Positions 1 through 9,638 of a stretch of DNA of 64,000 nt are shown one piece after another. The translations under genes and the position numbers were made by a program. This DNA is from an uncultured Bacilli bacterium (GTDB lineage Bacteria > Bacillota_I > Bacilli_A > RF39 > UBA660), in contig CANPYM010000004.1 of NCBI GenBank assembly GCA_947588685.1, positions 1,091-65,090 on the forward strand, written 5' to 3'. Below the pieces are notes generated by a model. That model was not told where the DNA came from. It was given only the letters and a program-made list of their open reading frames with translations, and did not search any database. Numbering within the stretch: the stretch's first letter is position 1; each line of letters starts with the position of its first letter.

Positions 1-2
1 TT

Positions 3-209
3 AGTTTTACTTTAACTGACGAAGTAGATAAGCCACATGTGGCTTTAGAATTAATTAATGAAGTAGGTCTTGATCAAGAACGATTTCGAATTGTTAAAGA
101 TGCCTCAACTTATTATTTGAAGATTCGCTATAGGCATATTATTAAAAGTCGTATCTTTAAAAGTGATGACTTAGGTGCGTCATCAAAGATTAAAACATTA
201 GTGAAGTGA
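3..209 (+). CDS. 3' end of hypothetical protein, paralog of 219..980 (partial)
   Basis: Frame 3 reads SFTLTDEVDKPHVALELINEVGLDQERFRIVKDASTYYLKIRY...KIKTLVK*. This aligns by eye with YFTLADSMDKTKTSLRLINAAGLDNRRFKIVKEGNTYYLRMRY of the next ORF. Confidence 0.8.
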   Translation, partial: SFTLTDEVDKPHVALELINEVGLDQERFRIVKDASTYYLKIRYRHIIKSRIFKSDDLGASSKIKTLVK

Positions 210-218
210 GGATAAACT

Positions 219-980
219 ATGAAATCTAGAAGTAAAAGAGAAGCATTAAAACGTTATAATATTAAACATCGCCTAGCTTTAATCATTCCAGTCAGTATTT
301 GGGCTTTAATGGCCACAATACCTAATATCCCTGCTATTATAGGACTTTTCATGGCTGTTACTTTAGGGGTGTGGTTAGGATCTTCTGTAGAAAGACTTTT
401 AATGAAAAGTTTTCGTCATTCTTGCTTTAGCCTTTTCCTTGGTTTTGACATTATTCAACGCTCGACGTCCATTAGAAATTTTTTAGAAGCCTGTCTTTTA
501 AAAGATCCAAGAGCTTATTATAAGATGAACGCGGTCAATTTTATCAATCAGTTACCTGTTTATAATACAGATAATAAAAAGCAAGTTTATAATTTTTATT
601 CTCAAGCTTATACGGTAAGACTTATTAGATGGGCAAAAAGACAAAATTATATTGATAAAATAGATATTGTTGATACCTATAAATATCAAAATCTCCATAT
701 TTACCGAATGGCTTTAGGCCTTGGCAAACAAAAAAGAAAATACCATATGTATAATGTTTATTTTACATTAGCTGATTCAATGGATAAAACTAAAACTTCT
801 TTACGTCTTATTAACGCTGCCGGCTTGGATAACCGTCGTTTTAAAATTGTTAAAGAAGGAAACACGTATTATTTAAGAATGCGTTATGGTAATATTATCG
901 CAGATAGACTAAAACGTGATGAAAGTAAAATCAAGCCGGAAGAACATGCCCGGATGAAAGTCTATCGTAAACATAATTAA
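219..980 (+). CDS. hypothetical membrane-anchored protein
   Basis: 253-aa ORF, GAGG RBS, two N-terminal hydrophobic segments, no recognised family. Confidence 0.7.
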   Translation: MKSRSKREALKRYNIKHRLALIIPVSIWALMATIPNIPAIIGLFMAVTLGVWLGSSVERLLMKSFRHSCFSLFLGFDIIQRSTSIRNFLEACLLKDPRAYYKMNAVNFINQLPVYNTDNKKQVYNFYSQAYTVRLIRWAKRQNYIDKIDIVDTYKYQNLHIYRMALGLGKQKRKYHMYNVYFTLADSMDKTKTSLRLINAAGLDNRRFKIVKEGNTYYLRMRYGNIIADRLKRDESKIKPEEHARMKVYRKHN

Positions 981-1042
981 CAGATATTTAAAAAATGTTG
1001 TCTAACATATAAAAAGTTTGCTATAATGATAGTGGTGATTTT

Positions 1043-1492
1043 ATGGAATATAAATATACATCTCATAGTGTAACAGAGACACTTGAGTTAGCCCAAAATT
1101 TTGAATCAGAGAAGTTCCCTAATATGGTAATTTGCCTAAATGGTGAATTAGGAAGTGGCAAAACGATGTTTGTTAAAGGTATTGCCCAAGCTTTAGGCAT
1201 TGAAGAAAGTATTACCTCACCAACATTTACAATTGTTAAAGAGTATGATGGCGAGCTACCTTTATACCATTTTGATGTTTATCGTTTAGATGGTAAAACA
1301 GATGGCATTGGTATGGAAGAATATTTTACTAAAGGTGGCGTCGTTGCTATTGAATGGGCCGATACAATTAAAGACGTCTTACCAGAAGAAAGATTAGAAA
1401 TAAAATTTAAGGTTGTCGATGAAGATAAACGTGTTCTTATCATCACTCCTTATGGAACAAAATATGAAGAATTATGTGAGGCGGTATTGTGA
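1043..1492 (+). CDS. tsaE: t6A tRNA modification ATPase TsaE
   Basis: GELGSGKT P-loop, SPTFTIV, HFDVYRL, IEWA motifs. Confidence 0.97.
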   Translation: MEYKYTSHSVTETLELAQNFESEKFPNMVICLNGELGSGKTMFVKGIAQALGIEESITSPTFTIVKEYDGELPLYHFDVYRLDGKTDGIGMEEYFTKGGVVAIEWADTIKDVLPEERLEIKFKVVDEDKRVLIITPYGTKYEELCEAVL

Positions 1493-2106
1493 AAATATTA
1501 TTTTTAGATACGTCTTCTTTTTTTGCTACAGTGGCAATTATTGAAGATGGAAAGATTAAATACTTATTTCAAGAAGAAATAAAGGATGATATGGCATCAA
1601 GGATGTTGCCTGTCATTCAAGAAGGCTTTAATCAAGTATCATTTACAATTAATGACATTGATAAAATAATGGTTGTCAATGGTCCAGGTTCTTTTACGGG
1701 TGTCCGCATTGGTGTGACTATTGCTAAAGTTTTAGCGTGGTCTATTAAAAAAGATATTATTCCGGTATCAAGCCTTGCTTTTTTAGCGACAACGAGAACA
1801 TCTTCTAAGTATATTATTCCGATGATTGATGCTAGAAGAGGATACGTTTATGCTGGTGTTTATGATCAAGAATTAAACAGTGTTTTAGCTGATCAATATA
1901 TTGCCTATGATGCTTTAAAAGAATATTTTGAAGATGGTACAATCATCAGTCATGATGAACTTCCTATGGCAACTAAACCAGAGTTAGATGTTCTTAAAAT
2001 AGTTTCTAAATATCAAAATAATGAACCTGTTCCTTGTCATAGTGTTAACCCTAACTATTTGAAGAAAACGGAAGCGGAAGAAAAATTAGAGGTAAAAAAT
2101 GATTAG
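1489..2106 (+). CDS. tsaB: t6A tRNA modification protein TsaB
   Basis: LDTS, GPGSFTGVRIG, IDARRG motifs; synteny with tsaE/tsaD. Confidence 0.96.
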   Translation: MKILFLDTSSFFATVAIIEDGKIKYLFQEEIKDDMASRMLPVIQEGFNQVSFTINDIDKIMVVNGPGSFTGVRIGVTIAKVLAWSIKKDIIPVSSLAFLATTRTSSKYIIPMIDARRGYVYAGVYDQELNSVLADQYIAYDALKEYFEDGTIISHDELPMATKPELDVLKIVSKYQNNEPVPCHSVNPNYLKKTEAEEKLEVKND

Positions 2107-2524
2107 AAAAGTAGTTAAAAGTGATTATGAAAAGTTAATTAAATATTATCGTTTGTTTGATGATAGCCAAGTTGAACTATTTCCAACGGATCCTTTTGCC
2201 CATTTACTTGTCTACGAATTAGATAATCAGATTGTTGGCTTTGTTAACTACAGCATTATTTATGAGCGAGCTGAAATAAATTATATATATATTGAGGAAG
2301 AGTATCGTAATAAACATATTGCGAGTGAATTTATGGAATTAATTATTACAGACGCTATTGATAGTGGCTGTGTCAATATTTCTTTAGAAGTTTCCGTTAA
2401 TAACAAAGCAGGCCTTGCTTTATATGAAAAATATGGCTTTGAACGTAAAGCCATTCGCAAAAATTATTACCCTGATGGTGATGGGGTCTTAATGGTGAAA
2501 GAGTTGGTAAAAGATGAAAAATGA
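2099..2524 (+). CDS. rimI: RimI-like GNAT N-acetyltransferase
   Basis: LEVSVNN..LYEKYGF..RKNYY motif; canonical tsaB-rimI-tsaD position. Confidence 0.85.
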   Translation: MIRKVVKSDYEKLIKYYRLFDDSQVELFPTDPFAHLLVYELDNQIVGFVNYSIIYERAEINYIYIEEEYRNKHIASEFMELIITDAIDSGCVNISLEVSVNNKAGLALYEKYGFERKAIRKNYYPDGDGVLMVKELVKDEK

Positions 2525-3521
2525 TGTATATATTTTAGGCATAGAATCTAGTTGTGATGAAACGAGTGTATCAATTGTTAAAAATGGTGAGGAAGATATT
2601 GCTACAGTTGTTTTATCACAAATGGATACCCATGCTAATTATGGTGGCGTTGTTCCCGAGATTGCCAGTAGGATGCATGTTGAAAATATTACGATGGTCA
2701 TTGAGGAATGCTTAAATAAGGCTCATATGACGATGGATGATATAACAGCTATTGCTGTAACTTATGGACCAGGTTTAATTGGTTCTTTGCTTGTAGGGGT
2801 AACGGCAGCTAAAACGCTTGCCTACGTTTATAATAAACCCCTTGTACCTGTTCATCATATTGCTGGTCATATCTACGCTAATAACTTAACGAAAAAGATG
2901 AGTTTCCCCCTTATAGCTTTAGTTGTCAGTGGGGGACATACGGAACTTATTTATATGAAAGATAACTATAGCTTCGAAAAAATTGGTGGAACCTTAGATG
3001 ACGCTGTCGGTGAAGCTTATGATAAGGTAGCGCGCATTGTTAAAGTTCCATATCCTGGTGGACCATTAGTTGATAAAATGTCTTATCAAGGAGAGGATAA
3101 TTATGATCTTCCTTTACCCCTTGATGACGATTCATACAATTTCAGTTTTAGTGGCTTAAAGAGTGCGGTTATTAATCTTGTTCATAATGAAGAACAAAGA
3201 GGACATACTATTAATAAGGAAGATTTAGCTTGTTCTTTCCAAAAACGCGTTGTGGATATTTTAACCAAGAAGACTATGCGAGCTTTAGAACATTACAATG
3301 TTAAGAATATGATTATCGCTGGTGGGGTGGCTGCTAATAGTGGCATTAGAACTAAATTTACAGAGTTATGTGCTGAAAATGGTGTTGATCTTACGATACC
3401 AGAGTTTAAATATTGTACGGATAATGCGACGATGATTGCAGCGGCAGGATTCTTTGCCTATGAAAAAGGTAAAAGAGCTGACCTTGACCTAAAAGCTAAA
3501 GCTAATACAAAATTAGAATAG
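2514..3521 (+). CDS. tsaD: t6A tRNA threonylcarbamoyltransferase TsaD
   Basis: GIESSCDET, GGVVPEIASR, HHIAGH, SGGHT, TDNATMIA motifs. Confidence 0.98.
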   Translation: MKNDVYILGIESSCDETSVSIVKNGEEDIATVVLSQMDTHANYGGVVPEIASRMHVENITMVIEECLNKAHMTMDDITAIAVTYGPGLIGSLLVGVTAAKTLAYVYNKPLVPVHHIAGHIYANNLTKKMSFPLIALVVSGGHTELIYMKDNYSFEKIGGTLDDAVGEAYDKVARIVKVPYPGGPLVDKMSYQGEDNYDLPLPLDDDSYNFSFSGLKSAVINLVHNEEQRGHTINKEDLACSFQKRVVDILTKKTMRALEHYNVKNMIIAGGVAANSGIRTKFTELCAENGVDLTIPEFKYCTDNATMIAAAGFFAYEKGKRADLDLKAKANTKLE

Positions 3522-3530
3522 AGGGAATAA

Positions 3531-4208
3531 ATGAAATGTCTTATCTTATGTGCTGATCATAATGATGATGCTACCATTGAGCCATATGCTTTAATGGAAA
3601 TTGATGAAGGGATAACGGCTTTAGATGTCTTAATTGATCAGGTTCATCAAATTGCGGAAATTGATCAAATATATGTTGTAACTAATGGTAAAAGTTATGA
3701 TGCTTTTCTAAATTGGTATGATAATCGTTATTCTGATGTTAAGATTATTAACGATAATACGACTTCGCCTGATGCCAAGTTAGGAGCAATTGGCGATATT
3801 AAGTTCACTTTAAATTGTGAAAATATCAACGATGATTTACTAATTATCGCAGGTGATGCGGTATATGACTTTGACTTATTAGATATTTATAACTATTATA
3901 AGCTTAAAGAAGCGCCAGTCATCGCTGTTAAAAAAGCTTTAAATTTACTAGATTTAAAACGCTATGGTGTTGTCAGATTTGATGATGATAATAAAATTAT
4001 TGAAATGCATGAAAAAGTAACAGATCCGATTGGTAGTCACATTGCGTTAGCGCTTTACTTTTATCCAAAAGAGGTTATTAGAACATTTGATTATTATCTA
4101 TCTGAAGGAAATAAGACGACCTCACCTGGATATTTCCTTGAATATTTATATCCTAATAGTGATACTTATGCCTATGTTATTGATGGTGAATATTATACGT
4201 TAAAATAA
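3531..4208 (+). CDS. sugar-phosphate nucleotidyltransferase-family protein with degenerate N-terminal motif
   Basis: VVTN, KLGAIGDI, LLIIAGD, YGVV, EK motifs present; the GxxTR loop is replaced by DHNDD. Confidence 0.75.
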   Translation: MKCLILCADHNDDATIEPYALMEIDEGITALDVLIDQVHQIAEIDQIYVVTNGKSYDAFLNWYDNRYSDVKIINDNTTSPDAKLGAIGDIKFTLNCENINDDLLIIAGDAVYDFDLLDIYNYYKLKEAPVIAVKKALNLLDLKRYGVVRFDDDNKIIEMHEKVTDPIGSHIALALYFYPKEVIRTFDYYLSEGNKTTSPGYFLEYLYPNSDTYAYVIDGEYYTLK

Positions 4209-4212
4209 ATGT

Positions 4213-4238
4213 AAAAGGTTTGTTTATCAAGCCTTTTT
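4213..4238 (+). terminator. intrinsic terminator
   Basis: AAAAGGTTTG-TTTAT-CAAGCCTTTTT hairpin with T-run. Confidence 0.7.
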
Positions 4239-4240
4239 AA

Positions 4241-4269
4241 TTGACTTTAAGACCTTTATATAGTACAAT
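4241..4269 (+). promoter_or_regulatory. sigmaA promoter
   Basis: TTGACT-17 nt-TACAAT. Confidence 0.75.
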
Positions 4270-4293
4270 TGTTTTAGAAACGGAGATGTAGTT

Positions 4294-5661
4294 ATGGCTG
4301 AAGAAAATATGAAACATATGCCTCAATTTGTTCGCACGGGATTTTTATGGCAAATTGAGGGGGGACATGTTTTAGTTAAACAAAATAGATGGGGTAATAA
4401 TGGTAAAATTCGGGCCGTTGCCAAGTTTTTTTATGATAGGAAAGTAATTGAAGAAAAAAAGTCTCTTAGTGAACTATCTAATGATGAATTAAGACAAGAA
4501 CTTAGAAATGCTGAAAGAACATCTGAAGAAATTGAAATGATTAGAAGTGAGCTCTCTTATCGTAGACGTTTATGGGTACGTCAATTATCTGACGAACAAT
4601 TAGAAAGTAAAAAAGATGAAACGGGAAGCCAATTACAAAGAGACTTAATCAATGCAGAAATTGAATATCGCAAAAGTAGAAGAGACAATAATCTTCCTCT
4701 TGAAGAAGTACGAAGGGATGAGAAGCTTCAAGACTATAAATTAACTTTTGTACATGAAAAAAGATTCAAGGGATTTAAAACTAAAAATGGTGCCCGTATT
4801 GTATGGCCTTGGGAATCAGGTATCGTTTTATCAACTGGTACAGTTACCATTATAACACCAGCTATTTCTGAAATTTCTAGAGATAAAGTTAGGGTAACAT
4901 TTGATACAAACTATATGTATCATGTTGCGGATCCTGAATTATTTGCTTTTAGAATTAATGAGCACAGAGGTGTTTCTGGTGTTGAAAGACAAATTGGTGT
5001 TTTGCTAGATAATGATGTTCGTGAATATGTAAAGTCGGTTTCAGCCGATACGTTTAGAGAAAAAGGTTATAAAGCATTGAAAACACTGCTTCGGTCTAAA
5101 ATTAGCGAAGTAGAAAAAGATTATGGTATAGAACTAGAAGATTTTACCTTAAGTAAAATACAATTGCCAAATGAGATACTTGAAAGAGAGGATGAACTAA
5201 AAGCTGCCGAAGCTGAATCTTCAAGAAAAATAAAGTTAGCTAAAGCAGAGGCAGAAGCTGCTAAGATAAAAGCAGAGGCAGATGCATACGCTGCTAGACT
5301 AAGTGCCGAGGCACAGGCATATAAAGATCAAAAACGGCTTGAAGCAGCAATAGAAACAGTAAAAACTTTAGGTTTACCACTTGACCCTAACCAGTTAGCA
5401 GCAATAATGGCTGCAACGGCAGCCGACAGTAACGTTGTTGTCAATACTTCTGGCGATGCATCTAAAATGGATACTACAACTGCTGTTGTGACATCGCAAC
5501 AAATCGGAAAAGTTAGTCAAAAGCAACAACAAGGACAAGATCAGCAGCCAACTCAGCAACAAGGTCAACCACAACCACCTGCTCCAACTACTCCAACTAC
5601 TCCAACTACTCCAACTGATGGTGATAAAGTATCAAACGATGGAAAAGCAAGAACCCGCTAA
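4294..5661 (+). CDS. divergent SPFH/band-7 domain protein with insertion and Q/P/T-rich tail
   Basis: GARIVWPW, SRDKVRVTFD..YHVADPE, YGIELEDF..I.LP and an AEAEA coiled coil; no obvious TM anchor. Confidence 0.75.
   Translation: MAEENMKHMPQFVRTGFLWQIEGGHVLVKQNRWGNNGKIRAVAKFFYDRKVIEEKKSLSELSNDELRQELRNAERTSEEIEMIRSELSYRRRLWVRQLSDEQLESKKDETGSQLQRDLINAEIEYRKSRRDNNLPLEEVRRDEKLQDYKLTFVHEKRFKGFKTKNGARIVWPWESGIVLSTGTVTIITPAISEISRDKVRVTFDTNYMYHVADPELFAFRINEHRGVSGVERQIGVLLDNDVREYVKSVSADTFREKGYKALKTLLRSKISEVEKDYGIELEDFTLSKIQLPNEILEREDELKAAEAESSRKIKLAKAEAEAAKIKAEADAYAARLSAEAQAYKDQKRLEAAIETVKTLGLPLDPNQLAAIMAATAADSNVVVNTSGDASKMDTTTAVVTSQQIGKVSQKQQQGQDQQPTQQQGQPQPPAPTTPTTPTTPTDGDKVSNDGKARTR
5584..5616 (+). 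repeat. 9-bp tandem repeat (CCAACTACT)x3.7 encoding PTT
   Basis: Read directly from the sequence. Confidence 0.9.
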
Positions 5662-5676
5662 TAAAGGAAACAATCT

Positions 5677-5964
5677 ATGAATATATATGATAAAGATGAA
5701 CTAATGGCTCTAGCTGAAAAGTTAAATGATAAGATGCCATATGCTCCAGCATTAGAAGAACAATTATGTGAGGCATATCATCTTGTTAGTAAAGATGGCT
5801 ATTTTAATCGTGATGATTCTTTGGTTTTAGCAGAACTTAAAGGCGAAGAACTAGAACCATTTATGGTTTATCCTCGCGCTTTTGTTAAGCCATCAGAAAT
5901 GATTCAACTTATTTTAAGAACGAGGTTTAATAATCTTGAAGATGAGCAAACTAAAACAAAATAA
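5677..5964 (+). CDS. hypothetical protein
   Basis: 95-aa ORF with AAGGA RBS, directly after the SPFH gene. Confidence 0.65.
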   Translation: MNIYDKDELMALAEKLNDKMPYAPALEEQLCEAYHLVSKDGYFNRDDSLVLAELKGEELEPFMVYPRAFVKPSEMIQLILRTRFNNLEDEQTKTK

Positions 5965-5970
5965 ACTACG

Positions 5971-6762
5971 CTAATGCGTAGTTTTTTCATACTTTTTTTC
6001 AATATAATACACTAAATAATAAAGAGTTGTTGCGACAATACATAAAAGAATAATGCCACTCATAACTAAATCTAGATTAAATACTTGTGATCCATACATA
6101 ATAAGATATCCAATCCCTTTTTTAGATACTAAGAACTCACCCATAATGATACCAATTAAAGACATACTAATACAAATCTTTAAATTGCTGATAATTGTTG
6201 GAATATTACTTGGAAAGACAAGATAATAATATAATTTAATCTTACTTTTCGTAAATGATTTAACTAATTTAATCTTGTTTTCATCAATATTGATAAAGCC
6301 ATTATAAATGTTGATAGTTAAAACTATTGAACTAATTAAAATAGCCATAATTATGATTGATGTGGTCGTTGTTCCAAACCAAATTAAAATAATCGGTCCT
6401 AAAGCGACTTTAGGTAGACTATTTAAAATGGTAAGATATGGTTCCATAACTTTGGCTAGAGTTTGTGATGACCATAAAAGACTAGCAAAAACAATACCAA
6501 TAAGCATACTAATGATAAAACTGATAATAGTTTCATAAATAGTTGTTCCAATATGAATAAATAAGTTATGGCTCTGATATAATCCAACAATTGTATCGAC
6601 AATTTTCTTAGGTGAGGAAACAATAAAAGCGTCGACAACTTTCATATCAGTTAATAATTGCCATAAGATAATAAAAATAATAAAGATTATAATTTGACCA
6701 AGGTATATTAATATTTTTTTTGTCTTTCTTTTCTTTAAATAAAGTTGATGTTCTTTACTCAT
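5971..6762 (-). CDS. NitT/TauT-family ABC permease (YtlD-like)
   Basis: Multi-TM; SLPKVALGP and GEFL..KKGIGY motifs. Confidence 0.9.
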   Translation of the reverse strand: MSKEHQLYLKKRKTKKILIYLGQIIIFIIFIILWQLLTDMKVVDAFIVSSPKKIVDTIVGLYQSHNLFIHIGTTIYETIISFIISMLIGIVFASLLWSSQTLAKVMEPYLTILNSLPKVALGPIILIWFGTTTTSIIIMAILISSIVLTINIYNGFINIDENKIKLVKSFTKSKIKLYYYLVFPSNIPTIISNLKICISMSLIGIIMGEFLVSKKGIGYLIMYGSQVFNLDLVMSGIILLCIVATTLYYLVYYIEKKYEKTTH

Positions 6763-7495
6763 AATCAATTTCCTTCCATATCAGTTGATAATATTCATTG
6801 AAAAGGGGTGTGTTGCGCCTTTCTGATGGGAGGGTGTTCTGATCAAAATTAATATCATATACTTTTTTTATATAACTAGGTCTTTTGGATAAAATGACAA
6901 CTTTATTACAAAGCGTTACAGCTTCCGAGATGTCGTGTGTAACTATAACTAGAGTTTTATGCTCAGCTTTTAAAATACTATAGACATCATTAGATATATT
7001 TAGTCGTGATTGAAAATCAAGAGCACTAAAAGGTTCATCCATCAAAAGAATATCAGGCTTGATAGCTAAACTGCGGATAAGGGCAACTCTTTGACGCATT
7101 CCTCCTGATAAGTTTCTAGGATAACTATAAATGAAGTCTTTAAGTCCATATTTATTTAAAAGATTAAGAACATATTCTTTACTATCACTATCTAATTTAC
7201 CTTTAATTTTAAGCCCAATAAGGCAATTATCTAAGACATTAAGCCAATCGAATAAAGCATCTTCTTGAAGCATATACCCGATTGTTTTATTATGATAATT
7301 AATTGTTCCGCTTGACGCTTTTTCTTGTCCATTTAAAATTGATAAAAGAGTAGACTTGCCACAACCACTAGGTCCTACAATAGCAACAAAATCCCCATCT
7401 TCAATATCAAGGGATATGTTTTTAGTAGCTACTATTTCGCCTTTAGGGGTGTGATATACTTTAGAAACGTTTTTTATGGATAAAATATTAGTCAT
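6755..7495 (-). CDS. NitT/TauT-family ABC ATP-binding protein (YtlC-like)
   Basis: GPSGCGKST, LSGGMRQR, DEPFSALD motifs. Confidence 0.93.
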   Translation of the reverse strand: MTNILSIKNVSKVYHTPKGEIVATKNISLDIEDGDFVAIVGPSGCGKSTLLSILNGQEKASSGTINYHNKTIGYMLQEDALFDWLNVLDNCLIGLKIKGKLDSDSKEYVLNLLNKYGLKDFIYSYPRNLSGGMRQRVALIRSLAIKPDILLMDEPFSALDFQSRLNISNDVYSILKAEHKTLVIVTHDISEAVTLCNKVVILSKRPSYIKKVYDINFDQNTLPSERRNTPLFNEYYQLIWKEIDYE

Positions 7496-8471
7496 TATTT
7501 TGATTTTGAACTAATTTACTAAAATCTACTCGTTTATCAAGAAAACCATTTTCAGCGACGATATCTTGCATATGATTAAATCCTTCTTCGTTAATTTTAG
7601 TAGTATCATACCAAGAATCAATTTCCCGGTAACGACCGATGACAGTAGCGATATCATCTAAACTGGTATCTGGAAAATAATCAACTAACAATTTAGCTAA
7701 TTCTTCATCCGAATGTGTTTTTGTATAATCAATTCCTTTTTGGATTGCTTGGGTAAACTTTTCAATTACTTGCGGATTATTTTCAATATAGCTTTTTAAA
7801 GCATTAAAAGTTGTATAAGGAACTTCCCCACCAATTTCTCCAACGGAACTTATAACGTATCCTTTACCTTCTTTTTCTAGCGCTAGAGCATTAGGTTCAA
7901 ATAAAGTAACCAAATCACCATTTCCTCCAATAAAGGCCCCTGATAAGCTAGCAAAATCAACACTCGTATCGACTATTGCATTAATACCTTTTTCTTTTAA
8001 GGTATAGTTTAGTGTCATAGCGGGCATACCGCCATTACGACCTCCTAAAATAGTTTTATTTTCTAAGTAATCAAGATTAAAGTTATCAATTTTTTCTCGA
8101 GCTACAAGAAAACTACCATCTCTTTTAGTTAAACCGGCAAAGTTAATAAGATAGTCTTTCGCGCCACGGTTATAGATATATAAGGTTTGTTCACTACCAC
8201 AAAAACCAATTTGAACATCACCTGACATAACAGCGGAAGCAACTTTATCGGCTCCACTAGTTAAAATAATTTCTACATCCAAACCAGCATCTTTGAAATA
8301 TCCCTTCGCATCAGCGACATACATTGGTGTATAAAATAGACTGTGCGTAACTTCAGCAACTTTCACTGAGGTAAGTTCTTCTTTTTGCTCATCTTTTTGA
8401 CTATTTTTAATGACAAGATAAAAAGTTACAATAAAGGCAATACAAATTAATGGAATAATAATTTTTCTCAT
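7488..8471 (-). CDS. NMT1/Thi5-like ABC substrate-binding protein (YtlA-like)
   Basis: N-terminal TM, EVTHSLFYTP, GGRNGGMP, FEP motifs; operon context. Confidence 0.88.
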   Translation of the reverse strand: MRKIIIPLICIAFIVTFYLVIKNSQKDEQKEELTSVKVAEVTHSLFYTPMYVADAKGYFKDAGLDVEIILTSGADKVASAVMSGDVQIGFCGSEQTLYIYNRGAKDYLINFAGLTKRDGSFLVAREKIDNFNLDYLENKTILGGRNGGMPAMTLNYTLKEKGINAIVDTSVDFASLSGAFIGGNGDLVTLFEPNALALEKEGKGYVISSVGEIGGEVPYTTFNALKSYIENNPQVIEKFTQAIQKGIDYTKTHSDEELAKLLVDYFPDTSLDDIATVIGRYREIDSWYDTTKINEEGFNHMQDIVAENGFLDKRVDFSKLVQNQNND

Positions 8472-8732
8472 TTTCTTCTCCTTTCTTTAACTAGTATATT
8501 CATTACGCTTTATAATGTGTTATAATGTGAATGATAGGATTAGAGCTTTATAAACGTGTAAATAATTGACGATTACTTTCTAAAATTAAAAATAGGCACT
8601 ATAACTTTGACAATTATTTAAATACACAAAAGTAATATTTTGAAAAAATAGATATAATAATTGTCAAAAATAAATAATTGACAATAGGAAATGTTAATGA
8701 ATTGTGTTAAGATGGTAGCGATGGAGGATTTT

Positions 8733-9638
8733 ATGAGCATTTTAAAATGTGAAAAAATATGTAAAAGTTTTGGTAAAAAAGAAGTACTTAAAGATGTAAC
8801 TTTTGAAGTAAATGAAGGCGACATTTTAGGCTTTATTGGACCTAATGGCGCTGGTAAGACAACAACGATTAAACTTATCTTAGGTCTTCAAAAAATCACG
8901 GCTGGTGAGGTTACAATTAACGGATTTGATATAAAAAAAGATTTTGTTAAAGCTATTGAACGAGTGGGCGCTATTGTGGAAAACCCAGACTTGTATATGT
9001 ATTTAACGGGTCGTGAGAATCTTAAAATGATTGCGCGTCTTTACCATGACATTGACGCTAAAAGAATTGAAGAAGTTATCGCTATTTCCGGATTAGGCAA
9101 TCGCATTGATGATAATGTAAGCAAATATTCTTTAGGAATGCGGCAACGTCTAGGTATTGCAGCTGCGCTACTTCATAGACCTAATTTATTAATTTTAGAT
9201 GAACCAACGAATGGACTTGATCCAGAGGGAATAAGGGAGTTACGTGACCTGCTTACAAAATTGGCCCGAGAAGAGAAGATGGGGATTTTAGTATCCAGCC
9301 ATAATTTATCCGAATTAGAAAGCTTTTGTAATCAAATATGCATTATTAAAAATGGTATGATTATTGATAAAACATCTCTTATCGATTTAAAGAAGGAGGT
9401 ATCTAATTCTAAATACATTTTAGAACTTGATCATATAGACGGTTTAAAAGATATCATCGATTATTCATATGACGAAATATCACCAACGCAAATTTCTATC
9501 AATATCGAAAGAGAAAAAATACCGGAATTGATAAAAACACTTATCGCTAATGATTACCTTCTTTACCAAATTGTTGAGGATAAGGCCAGCTTAGAAGATG
9601 CTTTCTTAAGAAAGACAGGAGGTAATATCATTGATTAA
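8733..9638 (+). CDS. ABC-2 type exporter ATP-binding protein (BcrA-like)
   Basis: GPNGAGKTT, YSLGMRQR, DEPTNGLD; start moved to the ATG after GGAGG. Confidence 0.92.
   Translation: MSILKCEKICKSFGKKEVLKDVTFEVNEGDILGFIGPNGAGKTTTIKLILGLQKITAGEVTINGFDIKKDFVKAIERVGAIVENPDLYMYLTGRENLKMIARLYHDIDAKRIEEVIAISGLGNRIDDNVSKYSLGMRQRLGIAAALLHRPNLLILDEPTNGLDPEGIRELRDLLTKLAREEKMGILVSSHNLSELESFCNQICIIKNGMIIDKTSLIDLKKEVSNSKYILELDHIDGLKDIIDYSYDEISPTQISINIEREKIPELIKTLIANDYLLYQIVEDKASLEDAFLRKTGGNIID

Noticed and set aside
8626-8641. 16-mer ACAAAAGTAATATTTT also found at 33977-33992, both upstream of exporters
   Set aside because: AT-rich 16-mer matches can arise by chance in 64 kb of this composition; flanks and spacing to the genes are not conserved.
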